Assembly: GCA_034679465.1 (NCBI GenBank)
Contig: JAXDAV010000074.1
Location: forward strand, 19,949 to 83,948
Length of the DNA stretch: 64,000 bases
Direction: 5' to 3'
Origin: Candidatus Aminicenantes bacterium
GTDB lineage: Bacteria > Acidobacteriota > Aminicenantia > Aminicenantales > Saccharicenantaceae
A program made the position numbers and the translations under genes. Below the pieces are notes generated by a model. It searched no databases, was not told the origin of the DNA, and worked only from the letters and a program-made list of their open reading frames with translations. Position 1 is the stretch's first letter; the number at the start of each line of letters is the position of its first letter. Shown piece by piece: positions 1 through 8,735 of this stretch.

Positions 1-839
1 GCCCGGATCTTGGGCCCCATCGAGCCCGGCGGGAACTGGCCGTCCGCCAGGTGCCGGCGGGCCTCGGCCACGGTCAGGACGGGGGCCTCGGCCTGGCCGG
101 GCCTGCCGAAATCGAGGTAGACGCGTTCGATGGCGGTCAGGATGATGAACAGGTCGACCTTGACCTCGCGGGCCAGCAGGCTCGCGGCGTAGTCCTTGTC
201 GATGACGGCCTCGACCCCTTCGAAGAGGCCGTTGCCGTTGATGATGACCGGGATGCCCCCGCCGCCGGCGGCGATGACGATGCGGCCGGCCTCGACGAGC
301 TCGCGGATGATCCCCTTGGGGACGACGTCGATGGGCCTGGGCGAGGCGACGACCTTGCGGTAGCCCCGGCCGGCGTCCTCGACCAGCGTCCAGCCCTTCT
401 CGCGGGCCAGCTGCTCGCCCCGGAACTTCGAATAGAACGGGCCGACGGGCTTGGTCGGCTCGGCGAAGGCCGGGTCGTCCTTGTCGACGACGACCTGGGT
501 GACGAGGGAGGCGACCTCCTTGTCGATGGAGCGTCGCCGCAGCTCGTTGACCAGCGCCCGCTCGAGCATGAAGCCCATGCTGCCCTCGGTCATGGCGTCG
601 CAGACGTCGAGCGTGTAGGGCGGGACCTTGTCGGCCGCCTCCTCCATCTGCAGGAGGAGGTTCCCGACCTGGGGCCCGTTGCCGTGGACGATGATGAGCT
701 CGTAGCCCTTGCGGACGATGTGGACCATGAGCTCGGCCGCCCGGGCGGCGTTGCGCATCTGCTCGCTCTGCAGGCCTTTCCGGCCCTCGGGGAGCATGGC
801 GTTGCCGCCGAAGGCGACGAGGGCGATCTTCGGTCTCAT
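1..839 (-). CDS. arcC: carbamate kinase; C-terminal ~25 aa lie beyond the left window edge
   Basis: Manual minus-strand translation from the ATG (complement of 837-839) gives MRPKIALVAFGGNAML. Internal LVEAGRIVIAAGGGGIPVI and GSMGPKI at the window edge are amino-acid-kinase/carbamate kinase hallmarks. It is absent from the ORF track because the frame is open at position 1. Confidence 0.8.
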   Translation of the reverse strand, partial: MRPKIALVAFGGNAMLPEGRKGLQSEQMRNAARAAELMVHIVRKGYELIIVHGNGPQVGNLLLQMEEAADKVPPYTLDVCDAMTEGSMGFMLERALVNELRRRSIDKEVASLVTQVVVDKDDPAFAEPTKPVGPFYSKFRGEQLAREKGWTLVEDAGRGYRKVVASPRPIDVVPKGIIRELVEAGRIVIAAGGGGIPVIINGNGLFEGVEAVIDKDYAASLLAREVKVDLFIILTAIERVYLDFGRPGQAEAPVLTVAEARRHLADGQFPPGSMGPKIR

Positions 840-846
840 CGGGCGC

Positions 847-2151
847 CTAGAACCCCTTGAGGACGTCCTTCAACGCGGGCCTGCCGATCTCCTCGAGCTC
901 GTAGCCGACGCGGAGGATGGGCTTCCCGACCTTGATGACGCGGGTGATGTCGATGGGCGTGGCGCTGACGACCAGGTCGCAGTCGACGGCCTCGATCGTC
1001 TTGGCCAGCTCGCGGGTCTGCTTGTCGCCGTAGCCCATGGCCGGCAGGACGTCGGCGAGGTGGCCGTACTTCTCGAAGGTCTTCCGGATCGAGCCGACGG
1101 CGAAGGGCCGGGGGTCGATGATCTCGGCCGCGCCGTACTTCCTGGCCGCGACGATGCCGGCGCCGTAGGTCATGCCGCCGTGGGTCAGGGTCGGGCCGTC
1201 CTCGATGACCAGGACGCGCTTGCCGGTGATCCGGCCGCCGTCCCGGACGATGGTCGGGGAGTTGGCCCGGATGATCTTGGCCTTGGGGTTGACCGCCTTG
1301 GCGCTGGCCAGGACGGTCTCGATGCCGGCCGGAGGGGCCGTGTCCATCTTGTTGATGACGATGACGTCGGCCCGGCGGAAGTTGGTTTCCCCGGGGTAAT
1401 AGCTGAGCTCGTGGCCGGCCCGGTGGGGGTCGGCCACGACGATCTCGAGGTCCGACTTGTAGAAGGGGAAGTCGTTGTTGCCGCCGTCCCAGAGGATGAC
1501 GTCGGCCTCTTTCTCGGCCCGGCGGAGGATGGCCCCGTAATCGACGCCGGCGTAGACGACGACGCCCCGGTCGATGTGGGGCTCGTACTCCTCGCGCTCT
1601 TCGATGGTGCAGTCGTGCCTGTCGAGGTCGGCGTAGGTGGCGAACCTCTGGACCTTCTGCCTGACTAGGTCGCCGTAGGGCATGGGGTGGCGAACGGCGG
1701 CGACCCGCCGGCCCTTTTTCCGGAGGATCTCGGCGACCCGCCGGCTGGTCTGGCTCTTGCCCGAGCCGGTCCGGACCGCGCAGACGGAGACGACGGGCTT
1801 GCGGCTCTTGATCATCGTGTCGCACGGCCCGAGGAGGACGAAGCTGGCCCCGGCGGCCTGGGCCCGGGAGGCCATGTGCATGACGTATTCGTGGGGCAGG
1901 TCGCTGTAGGCCAGGTGGACGTCGTCCACCTTGTGGGCGGCGATGAGGCCCTCCATCTCGGACTCGGCCTCGATGGGGATGCCTTTGGGATAGAGCTTGC
2001 CGGCCAGGGCCGCGGGGTATCGGCGGCCCTCGATGTCCGGGATCTGCGTGGCCGTGAAGGCGACCACCCGGTAGCCCGGATTGTCGCGGAAATAGGTGTT
2101 GAAATTGTGGAAGTCGCGCCCCGCGGCGCCGAGGATGAGGACCTTCTTCAT
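847..2151 (-). CDS. predicted P-loop GTPase, COG2403-type (cyclic 2,3-diphosphoglycerate synthetase-like), 434 aa
   Basis: The track ORF 847..2232 was trimmed to the internal ATG at 2151 (MKKVLILGAAGRDFHNF), which has GGAGGA 9 nt upstream. A Walker A-like motif RTGSGKSQT is present. The stop lies 7 nt upstream of the arcC start. Confidence 0.55.
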   Translation of the reverse strand: MKKVLILGAAGRDFHNFNTYFRDNPGYRVVAFTATQIPDIEGRRYPAALAGKLYPKGIPIEAESEMEGLIAAHKVDDVHLAYSDLPHEYVMHMASRAQAAGASFVLLGPCDTMIKSRKPVVSVCAVRTGSGKSQTSRRVAEILRKKGRRVAAVRHPMPYGDLVRQKVQRFATYADLDRHDCTIEEREEYEPHIDRGVVVYAGVDYGAILRRAEKEADVILWDGGNNDFPFYKSDLEIVVADPHRAGHELSYYPGETNFRRADVIVINKMDTAPPAGIETVLASAKAVNPKAKIIRANSPTIVRDGGRITGKRVLVIEDGPTLTHGGMTYGAGIVAARKYGAAEIIDPRPFAVGSIRKTFEKYGHLADVLPAMGYGDKQTRELAKTIEAVDCDLVVSATPIDITRVIKVGKPILRVGYELEEIGRPALKDVLKGF

Positions 2152-2265
2152 GCCGCTTTCTCCTCCGCAAAGTATAAAAACTTCACCGTCCAAAAAAGCC
2201 CGACTCTTCAATTGTCCGAAAAAGAACGTCAAGTATAGCCCAATGGGGCCTTGAAATCAATTATA

Positions 2266-2294
2266 TTGACACTTCGGGCCGATTTGCTTAATAT
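2266..2294 (+). promoter_or_regulatory. sigma70-type promoter for tRNA-Val (and probably thrS)
   Basis: TTGACA (2266-2271), a 17 nt spacer, then TAATAT (2289-2294). The tRNA 5' end is at 2320. Confidence 0.55.
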
Positions 2295-2319
2295 AGAACG
2301 GCTTTTGAGAGTGAAAGAT

Positions 2320-2394
2320 AGGCGCGTAGCTCAGTGGGAGAGCGCTTCCCTGACACGGAAGAGGCCGTGGGTTCAATCCCCTCCGCGCCTACCA
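2320..2394 (+). tRNA. tRNA-Val (anticodon GAC), 75 nt with encoded CCA
   Basis: Hand-folded cloverleaf. Acceptor stem AGGCGCG/CGCGCCT; D arm GCTC-AGTGGGA-GAGC; anticodon arm CTTCC-CTGACAC-GGAAG; T arm GTGGG-TTCAATC-CCCTC (one T:T mismatch); discriminator A plus CCA. Confidence 0.85.
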
Positions 2395-2453
2395 CGAATG
2401 TTCCCCGAGTGGCCGGATCTGAATCGCCCGCCTTTTTGGGAATGCAGAGGGAT

Positions 2454-4214
2454 ATGAGCGAGAAGCCTGATATTTCGATCGAGGTCCTGCGCCACAGCGC
2501 CGCCCATCTGCTGGCGCACGCAGTCCTCGATCTCTATCCGGGGACCCAGACCGGCGTCGGGCCGGCCGTCGAGACCGGGTTCTACTACGACTTCCTCCGG
2601 GACGAGCCCTTCACCCCCGGGGACCTCGAGAGAATCGAGGCCCGGATGAAGGAGATCGCCCGGGCCGACGTCCCCGTCGAGCGGCTCGTCCTGGACAAGG
2701 ACGAGGCCGTCCGGATGTTCGAGGAGACGGGCCAGCCGCTCAAGGCCGAGCTCGTCCGCGAGAAGGGCGGCGCGACCGTGACCGTCTACCGCCAGGGGCC
2801 GTTCGCCGACTTCTGCCTCGGCCCCCACGTCGCTTCGACCGGCCTTCTCCGGAACGTCAAGCTGCTCTCCGTCTCCGGCGCCTACTGGAAGGGCGACGAG
2901 CGCGGCGCCCAGATGCAGCGCATCTACGGGGCCGTCTTCGCCACCGGGCAGGAGCTCGAGGACCACCTGCGGATGCTCGAGGAGGCCAAGAAGCGCGACC
3001 ACCGCCGCCTCGGGGCCGAGCTCGACCTCTTCAGCGCCAACGACGTCCTCGGGGGCGGGCTCATCCTCTGGCACCCCAAGGGCGCCCGCGTCCGGGCCGT
3101 CATCGAGCAGCACTGGCGCGAGCGCCACTGGGCCGGGGGCTACGACATCCTCTTCACCCCGCACATCGGGCGGGCGGCCCTCTGGGAGACCTCGGGCCAC
3201 CTCGGCTTCTACAAGGACAGCATGTACTCGCCGATGGACATCGACGACGAGGCCTACTATCTCAAGCCGATGAACTGCCCCTTCCACATCCAGATCTACA
3301 AGTCCCGGATGCGCTCGTACCGGGACCTGCCCCTGCGCTGGGCCGAGCTCGGCACCGTCTACCGCTACGAGCGCAGCGGCGCCCTGCACGGCCTCCTGCG
3401 CGTCCGCGGCTTCACCCAGGACGACGCCCACATCATCTGCACGCCCGATCAGATCGAGGACGAGATCCTGCGGGTCCTCGATTTCTCGGTCTCCATCCTG
3501 GCCGACTTCGGCTTCACCGACAACACCATCGAGCTGTCGGTCCGCGACCCGAAGGACCTCGGCAAGTACGCCGGCGACGACGCCCTCTGGCGCCGGGCCG
3601 AGGCCTCGCTCGTCAAGGCCCTGGAGACCCGCGGCTACCCGTACGCGCGGATGGAGGGCGAGGCCGTCTTCTACGGGCCCAAGATCGACATCAAGATCAA
3701 GGACGCCATCGGCCGGCTGTGGCAGTGCACGACCATCCAGTTCGACTTCAACATGTCCGAGCGCTTCGACATGACCTACGTCGGCGAGGACGGCCGTGAG
3801 CACCGACCCTACATGGTCCACCGGGCCCTGCTCGGCTCCCTCGAGCGCTTCTTCGGCGTCCTCGTCGAGCACTACAACGGGAGCTTCCCGCTCTGGCTGG
3901 CGCCCGTCCAGGCCGTCATCCTGCCGATCGCCGAGCGCCACGAGGCCTACGCCCGGGCCCTCGACGAGCGGCTCCGCGCGGCCGGCCTGCGCTCGTCCGT
4001 CGATCTCAGCCGGGAGAAGGTCGGCAAGAAGGTCCGCCAGGCCGAGGTCGAAAAGGTCCCGCTCATCCTCGTCGTCGGCGACAAGGAGGTCGAGAGCGGC
4101 TCGGCCTCCCTGCGCGTCCACGGCCAGGGGGACAAGGGCGGGATCGAGACGGCCCGCTTTCTCGAGAGGGCCCTCGAGCTCAATCGCCAAAAAAGCCTTG
4201 TCGTGAATTTCTAG
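2454..4214 (+). CDS. thrS: threonine--tRNA ligase, 586 aa, lacking the N-terminal TGS domain
   Basis: The track ORF 2334..4214 reads through the tRNA gene, so the start was moved to ATG 2454 (MSEKPDISIEVLRHSAAHLLAHA). It has the editing-domain HxxxH motif, class II motif 2 YRYERSGALHGLLRVRGFTQDDAH, and the anticodon-binding C-terminus. Confidence 0.92.
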   Translation: MSEKPDISIEVLRHSAAHLLAHAVLDLYPGTQTGVGPAVETGFYYDFLRDEPFTPGDLERIEARMKEIARADVPVERLVLDKDEAVRMFEETGQPLKAELVREKGGATVTVYRQGPFADFCLGPHVASTGLLRNVKLLSVSGAYWKGDERGAQMQRIYGAVFATGQELEDHLRMLEEAKKRDHRRLGAELDLFSANDVLGGGLILWHPKGARVRAVIEQHWRERHWAGGYDILFTPHIGRAALWETSGHLGFYKDSMYSPMDIDDEAYYLKPMNCPFHIQIYKSRMRSYRDLPLRWAELGTVYRYERSGALHGLLRVRGFTQDDAHIICTPDQIEDEILRVLDFSVSILADFGFTDNTIELSVRDPKDLGKYAGDDALWRRAEASLVKALETRGYPYARMEGEAVFYGPKIDIKIKDAIGRLWQCTTIQFDFNMSERFDMTYVGEDGREHRPYMVHRALLGSLERFFGVLVEHYNGSFPLWLAPVQAVILPIAERHEAYARALDERLRAAGLRSSVDLSREKVGKKVRQAEVEKVPLILVVGDKEVESGSASLRVHGQGDKGGIETARFLERALELNRQKSLVVNF

Positions 4215-4227
4215 AGGAGGACCCGCC

Positions 4228-4869
4228 ATTTTCAAGAGACACGGTTTCTACCCTGCGGTCGCCAAAGCCAAGCCGCACCGGATCAACGAGCTGATCCAGG
4301 CGCGCGAGGTCCGGGTCATCGACGAGGAGCGTCAGGCCCTCGGCGTCATGCCCACGAGCCAGGCTATCCAGCTGGCCCGGGACCGCGGCCTCGACCTCGT
4401 CGAGATCGCGCCCCACGCCGATCCGCCCGTCTGCAAGATCACGGACTACGGCAAGTTCCTGTACGAACAGCACAAGAAGGACCACGAGGCCAAGAAGCAC
4501 CAGAAGCAGATCCAGATCAAGGAGATCAAGTTCCGGCCGAAGATCAGCGTCCACGACTACGACTTCAAGATGAAGCACGTCAAGCGCTTCCTCGGCGAAG
4601 GCAACAAGGTCAAGATCACCGTCATGCTGCGCGGCCGCGAGAAGCAGAAGCCCGAGCTCGGACAGCAGGTCCTGGACCGCGTCCTGGGCGACGTCAAGGA
4701 CCTGGCGACGCAGGACGGCTCGGCGCGCCGGCTGGATTGGGCCGTGTCCGCCCTGTTGGTCCCCACCAAAGTAGGAGGAAAAGATGCCAAAGCTAAAAAC
4801 CCACAAGGGAGCCCAAAAGAGGTTCAAGGTCACGGCCAAGAAAAAGCTCCTGCACGCCCGGGCGAATAA
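4228..4869 (+). CDS. infC: translation initiation factor IF-3, with an ATT start codon
   Basis: The track ORF starts at internal M 4348. The frame is open upstream and encodes the conserved N-terminus (..[24 protein letters not shown]). An in-frame ATT at 4228 lies 7 nt after GGAGGA (4215-4220). A non-AUG (AUU) start is the classical infC autoregulatory feature. Confidence 0.85.
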   Translation: MFKRHGFYPAVAKAKPHRINELIQAREVRVIDEERQALGVMPTSQAIQLARDRGLDLVEIAPHADPPVCKITDYGKFLYEQHKKDHEAKKHQKQIQIKEIKFRPKISVHDYDFKMKHVKRFLGEGNKVKITVMLRGREKQKPELGQQVLDRVLGDVKDLATQDGSARRLDWAVSALLVPTKVGGKDAKAKNPQGSPKEVQGHGQEKAPARPGE

Positions 4870-4984
4870 GAGCCACATCCTGACCAAGAAATCGTCCAAG
4901 CGCAAGCGCCATCTGGCCAAGTCGGGCGAGGCCAGCCCGGCCGACCGCAAGGTCCTCAAGACGATGCTCCCGTACGACCTGTGA
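4784..4984 (+). CDS. rpmI: 50S ribosomal protein L35
   Basis: [21 protein letters not shown], 66 aa, with a GGAGGA RBS, in the conserved infC-rpmI-rplT order. Confidence 0.95.
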   Translation: MPKLKTHKGAQKRFKVTAKKKLLHARANKSHILTKKSSKRKRHLAKSGEASPADRKVLKTMLPYDL

Positions 4985-5015
4985 GCGCCAGCGCGCGCAT
5001 CCCAAGGAGATCCCC

Positions 5016-5372
5016 ATGCCACGCGTCAAACGCAGCACCAAGCGGCACGACCGCCGCGCCAAAGTCCTCGGCCGGGCCAAGGGCTATTTCGGCGCCAAGA
5101 GCCGCAACTACCGCACCGCCAAAGAGGCGGTGGAGAAATCCCTGCTCTACGCCTACCGGGACCGGCGGGCCAAGAAGCGCGATTTCCGCAGTCTCTGGAT
5201 CGTCCGCATCAAGGCCGGGGCCGTCGCCAACGGCACGTCCTACAGCCGCTTCATCAGCGGCCTCAAGGCCCTCGGCGTCGTCCTCGACCGCAAGATCCTG
5301 GCCGACCTGGCCGCCAACGCCCCCGAGACGTTTGCCCACCTGGTCCGGATGACGAGATCGACCGCGGCCTAG
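5016..5372 (+). CDS. rplT: 50S ribosomal protein L20
   Basis: MPRVKRSTKRHDRRAKVLGRAKGYFG, 118 aa, with an AAGGAG RBS. Confidence 0.95.
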   Translation: MPRVKRSTKRHDRRAKVLGRAKGYFGAKSRNYRTAKEAVEKSLLYAYRDRRAKKRDFRSLWIVRIKAGAVANGTSYSRFISGLKALGVVLDRKILADLAANAPETFAHLVRMTRSTAA

Positions 5373-5381
5373 CCTCCGCCG

Positions 5382-6428
5382 ATGGCCACCCTGAAGGACC
5401 GGATCGACGGCCTCCGGAAGACGTTCGAGGAATCCCTCGAGAGCGCCGACGCCAAGGGTCTCGAGGAGCTCCGGACGGCCTTCCTCGGCCGCAAGCGGGG
5501 CCACGTCACCCTGCTGTTCGAGGACCTGAGGACCGTCCCCCCCGAGGAGCGCCGCGAGGCCGGACGCTTGGTCAACGAGCTCAAGGACCACGTCCAGGCC
5601 CGGCTCGCCGCCGCCGAGGCCCGGGTCCGGACGAGCGCCGGCGCCTCCGCCGCGGCGGCCGCCGGCCGCCCGGACCTGACCCTGCCCGGCCGCAGGCGCT
5701 ACGTCGGGGCGCGTCATCCGCTGACCCTGTTCGAGGAGGAGATCGAGCGGATCTTCCTCGGCCTGGGCTTCGCCGTCGAGGAGGGGCCCGAGATCGAGAC
5801 GGACTACTACAACTTCGAGGCCCTCAACTTCCCGCCGCACCATCCGGCCCGGGACCAGTGGGACACCCTGTTCATCAAGGACGACCTGCTCCTGCGGACC
5901 CACACCTCGCCCGTCCAGGTCCGGGTCATGGAGCGGTCGAAGCCGCCCATCCGCATCATCTGCCCGGGCCGCGTCTTCCGCCGGGAGACGCCGGACCCGA
6001 CCCACCTGCCCATGTTCATGCAGGTCGAGGGCCTGGTCATCGACCGGGGCGTCACCTTCGCCCACCTCAAGGGCACGCTGGAGTACTTCATCAAGGCCCT
6101 CTTCGGCGAGAAGATCAGGGTCCGCTTCCGGCCGAGCTTCTTCCCCTTCACCGAGCCCTCGGCCGAGGTCGACATCGAGTGCCTCGTCTGCTCGGGCAAG
6201 GACCCGTCCTGCCGCGTCTGCGCCGGGACGGGCTGGAAGGAGATCCTGGGCTCCGGCATGGTCGACCCGCAGGTCCTCAAGAACGTCAACATCGACCCCG
6301 AGAAGCACTCCGGCTGGGCCTTCGGGCTCGGCATCGACCGCACGGCCATGTTCGCCTTCGGCATCCCGGAGATGCGCTATTTCTACGAGAACGACCTGAG
6401 GTTCCTCAGGCAATTCGGGACCAAATGA
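5382..6428 (+). CDS. pheS: phenylalanine--tRNA ligase alpha subunit
   Basis: 348 aa, with FPPHHPARDQWDTLF and class II core motifs, and the pheS-pheT order. Confidence 0.95.
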   Translation: MATLKDRIDGLRKTFEESLESADAKGLEELRTAFLGRKRGHVTLLFEDLRTVPPEERREAGRLVNELKDHVQARLAAAEARVRTSAGASAAAAAGRPDLTLPGRRRYVGARHPLTLFEEEIERIFLGLGFAVEEGPEIETDYYNFEALNFPPHHPARDQWDTLFIKDDLLLRTHTSPVQVRVMERSKPPIRIICPGRVFRRETPDPTHLPMFMQVEGLVIDRGVTFAHLKGTLEYFIKALFGEKIRVRFRPSFFPFTEPSAEVDIECLVCSGKDPSCRVCAGTGWKEILGSGMVDPQVLKNVNIDPEKHSGWAFGLGIDRTAMFAFGIPEMRYFYENDLRFLRQFGTK

Positions 6429-8491
6429 AGATCAGCCTGGACTGGATCCGAGAGCACGTCGCCGTCGACATCCCCCGGCCGGAGCTGGTCGACCGGCTGA
6501 CGATGATCGGCCTTGTCGCCGACACGGCCGTGGAGAGGGAGGGCGACCTCATCCTCGACCTCGAGACCTACGCCAACCGGCCGGACACGCTCGGCCACCT
6601 CGGCGTCGCCCGCGAGATCGGGGCCCTGCTCGGCCTGCCGCTCCTCGAGAAGGACTGGCCCGTCGCGGAGCTGGCCGAAGCCACGGCCGACGTCGCCGAC
6701 GTCCAGATCACGGCCGAGGCCCTCTGCCCGCGCTACTGCGGCCTCGTCGTCCGCGGCGTCCCGGTCGGGCCGTCGCCCGAGTGGCTGAGGCGCCGCCTCG
6801 AGGCCATGGACCTGCGCCCGGTCAACAACGTCGTCGACGTCTCGAACTACGTCCTCTTCGCCACGGCCCAGCCCATCCACACCTTCGACTTCGGCCGGAT
6901 CGCCGGCGGCCGCATCGTCGTCCGCAAGGCCAAGCGGGGCGAGACGCTCGTCGACCTCGACGGCCGGACGCTGGCGCTGGCCCCGGACATGCTCGTCATC
7001 GCCGACGAATCCCGGCCGGTGGCCCTGGCCGGCGTCATCGGCGGCCGGGCCTCGGGCATCGGCGATTCGACCCGCGACGTCTTCATCGAAAGCGCCTGCT
7101 TCGACCCGGTCTCGATCCGCAAGACGGCCAAGGCCCTGGGGCTCGCGACCGACGCCTCCTACCGCTTCGAGCGGGGGGCCGACATCGCCTTCGCGCCGCG
7201 GGCCGCTCTCATGGCCGCGTCCCTGCTGACGCAGATGGGCGGCCGGGCCACCCGCGGGCTCATCGACCGCTACCCCCGGCCGCCGAAGACGCGGACGGTC
7301 CGGCTCCGCCTGCGCCGGATCGCCGAACTCCTCGGCGTCGACGTGCCGGAGGACTTCGTCGTCGACGTCCTGAGCCGCCTGGGCTTCCGCGTCGAGGGGT
7401 CGCACAAGGGCGCCTGGCGCGTGGACGTCCCGACCTTCCGCGTGGACGTCTCGCGCGAAGCGGACCTGATCGAGGAGGTGGCCCGCTTCTACGGCTACGA
7501 CCGGATCCCCGCGGCGGCCGCGCCGGCCGGCGCGCCCCCGTCGGCCGCCAACCGGAAACGGGAGCGCCTGGCCCGCATCCGCGAAACGCTGGCCGGCCAG
7601 GGCCTTGACGAGGTCATCAACTGGAGCTTCGCCGACCCGGAGAAGGAGGCCGCGGCCGCCGGCGGGCGGGCGCCGGTGCCCATCCGGAACCCCATCTCCA
7701 ACCGGGCCTCCGTCCTGCGGACGACCCTGCTTCCGGGCCTCGTCGAGAACGCCGCCCGGAACCTCAACCGGGGGCTCGACGGCGTCCACGTCTTCGAGAC
7801 GGGGAACGTCTTCTCCTGGGACCAGGACGAGAAGCACCGGGAGGACCTCCACCTCGGCCTGCTCTCGGCCGGGCTGAGGCCCGGGGAGAGCTTCATGGCG
7901 GCCGCCGCGGAGACGGACCTCTTCGTCGTCAAGGGCGCCGTCGAGGCGGTCTTCGAGGCCCTGCGCTTCGACCCGGCCGGCTTCGCGGAGAGGGACCATC
8001 CCTCGTTCGCGCCCGGCCGCGCCCTGGCCGTTCTCTGCAAGGGCCAGGAGGTCGGCCGGCTCGGCCTCCTGAGCCGGCCCCTGACCGCGGCCTTCGAGGT
8101 CGACCGCCCCGTCTATGCCGCCGAGATCGACCTCACGGCGCTCTTCGGGAAGACGCCCCGGCCGTTCGAGTACGTCAACGTGCCCAAGCTGCCCGGGGTC
8201 GTCCGCGACCTGTCCTTCCTCATGGACCGGTCCGTCGCCTACGGCGAGGTCGCCCGGGTCCTCGGCCGGCTCGACCAGCCCCTGCTCGAGGGCTTCGAGC
8301 TCGTCGACCGGTTCGCGGACCCGCCCGTGCCGGCCGACAAGGTCAGCCTGACCGTCCGGCTCCGCTTCCGGCATCCCCAGAGGACGCTCGTGGCCGGGGA
8401 AGTGGACCGCGCCGAGCAGGAGATCGTCGGCCACCTCAGATCCGCGCTCGATATCCAACTCAGGGAGGGGAAAATTGACATCCGAACTTGA
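6425..8491 (+). CDS. pheT: phenylalanine--tRNA ligase beta subunit, short form (688 aa) lacking the B2 OB-fold tRNA-binding domain
   Basis: The track ORF 5858..8491 was trimmed to ATG 6425 (MKISLDWIREHV), an ATGA overlap with the pheS stop. The B3/4, B5 and ferredoxin-fold anticodon-binding regions are recognisable. Confidence 0.9.
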   Translation: MKISLDWIREHVAVDIPRPELVDRLTMIGLVADTAVEREGDLILDLETYANRPDTLGHLGVAREIGALLGLPLLEKDWPVAELAEATADVADVQITAEALCPRYCGLVVRGVPVGPSPEWLRRRLEAMDLRPVNNVVDVSNYVLFATAQPIHTFDFGRIAGGRIVVRKAKRGETLVDLDGRTLALAPDMLVIADESRPVALAGVIGGRASGIGDSTRDVFIESACFDPVSIRKTAKALGLATDASYRFERGADIAFAPRAALMAASLLTQMGGRATRGLIDRYPRPPKTRTVRLRLRRIAELLGVDVPEDFVVDVLSRLGFRVEGSHKGAWRVDVPTFRVDVSREADLIEEVARFYGYDRIPAAAAPAGAPPSAANRKRERLARIRETLAGQGLDEVINWSFADPEKEAAAAGGRAPVPIRNPISNRASVLRTTLLPGLVENAARNLNRGLDGVHVFETGNVFSWDQDEKHREDLHLGLLSAGLRPGESFMAAAAETDLFVVKGAVEAVFEALRFDPAGFAERDHPSFAPGRALAVLCKGQEVGRLGLLSRPLTAAFEVDRPVYAAEIDLTALFGKTPRPFEYVNVPKLPGVVRDLSFLMDRSVAYGEVARVLGRLDQPLLEGFELVDRFADPPVPADKVSLTVRLRFRHPQRTLVAGEVDRAEQEIVGHLRSALDIQLREGKIDIRT

Positions 8492-8735
8492 GCGAATTAA
8501 AATACTCGAAGGCAAGATCGGACAGGTCGTCGATCACATCCACAAGCTGACGGCCGAGAATGACAAGCTGAGGCAGCAGCTCAAAGAATCTCGCGCGGAC
8601 AAGAAAGAGTCCGAGGAGAACGCCCGCAAGGCGGCCCGCCTGGACGAGGAGATGAAGAAGCACGAGGGCGAGCGGGAGCTCCTGAAGGGAAAGATCGAAG
8701 CCATCATCGGCGAGATCGACAAGCTCGGCCTATGA
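8475..8735 (+). CDS. small coiled-coil protein, ZapB-like cell-division factor
   Basis: 86 aa, heptad-rich and K/E-rich (LTAENDKLRQQLKESRADKKESEENARK). TTG start with a GGGAGGGG RBS. Its end overlaps the zapA start by 4 nt. Confidence 0.5.
   Translation: MTSELERIKILEGKIGQVVDHIHKLTAENDKLRQQLKESRADKKESEENARKAARLDEEMKKHEGERELLKGKIEAIIGEIDKLGL

Noticed and set aside
2334-2453. N-terminal extensions proposed by the ORF track for thrS (2334), pheT (5858), eno (42686), pstS (44910), pstC (44831), pstA (46618), purF (24254), atpB (19318), lptD (20294) and the GTPase (2232).
   Set aside because: The extensions run through a tRNA gene or through upstream genes in other frames, and they lack family similarity. 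Internal starts with an RBS or stop-start overlaps reproduce the canonical N-termini (e.g. [26 protein letters not shown]).
2395-2453. thrS operator (tRNA-Thr anticodon-arm mimic) or T-box leader in front of thrS.
   Set aside because: The leader is only 59 nt. I could find no convincing anticodon-like stem-loop with a Thr anticodon, and no T-box specifier or antiterminator elements.
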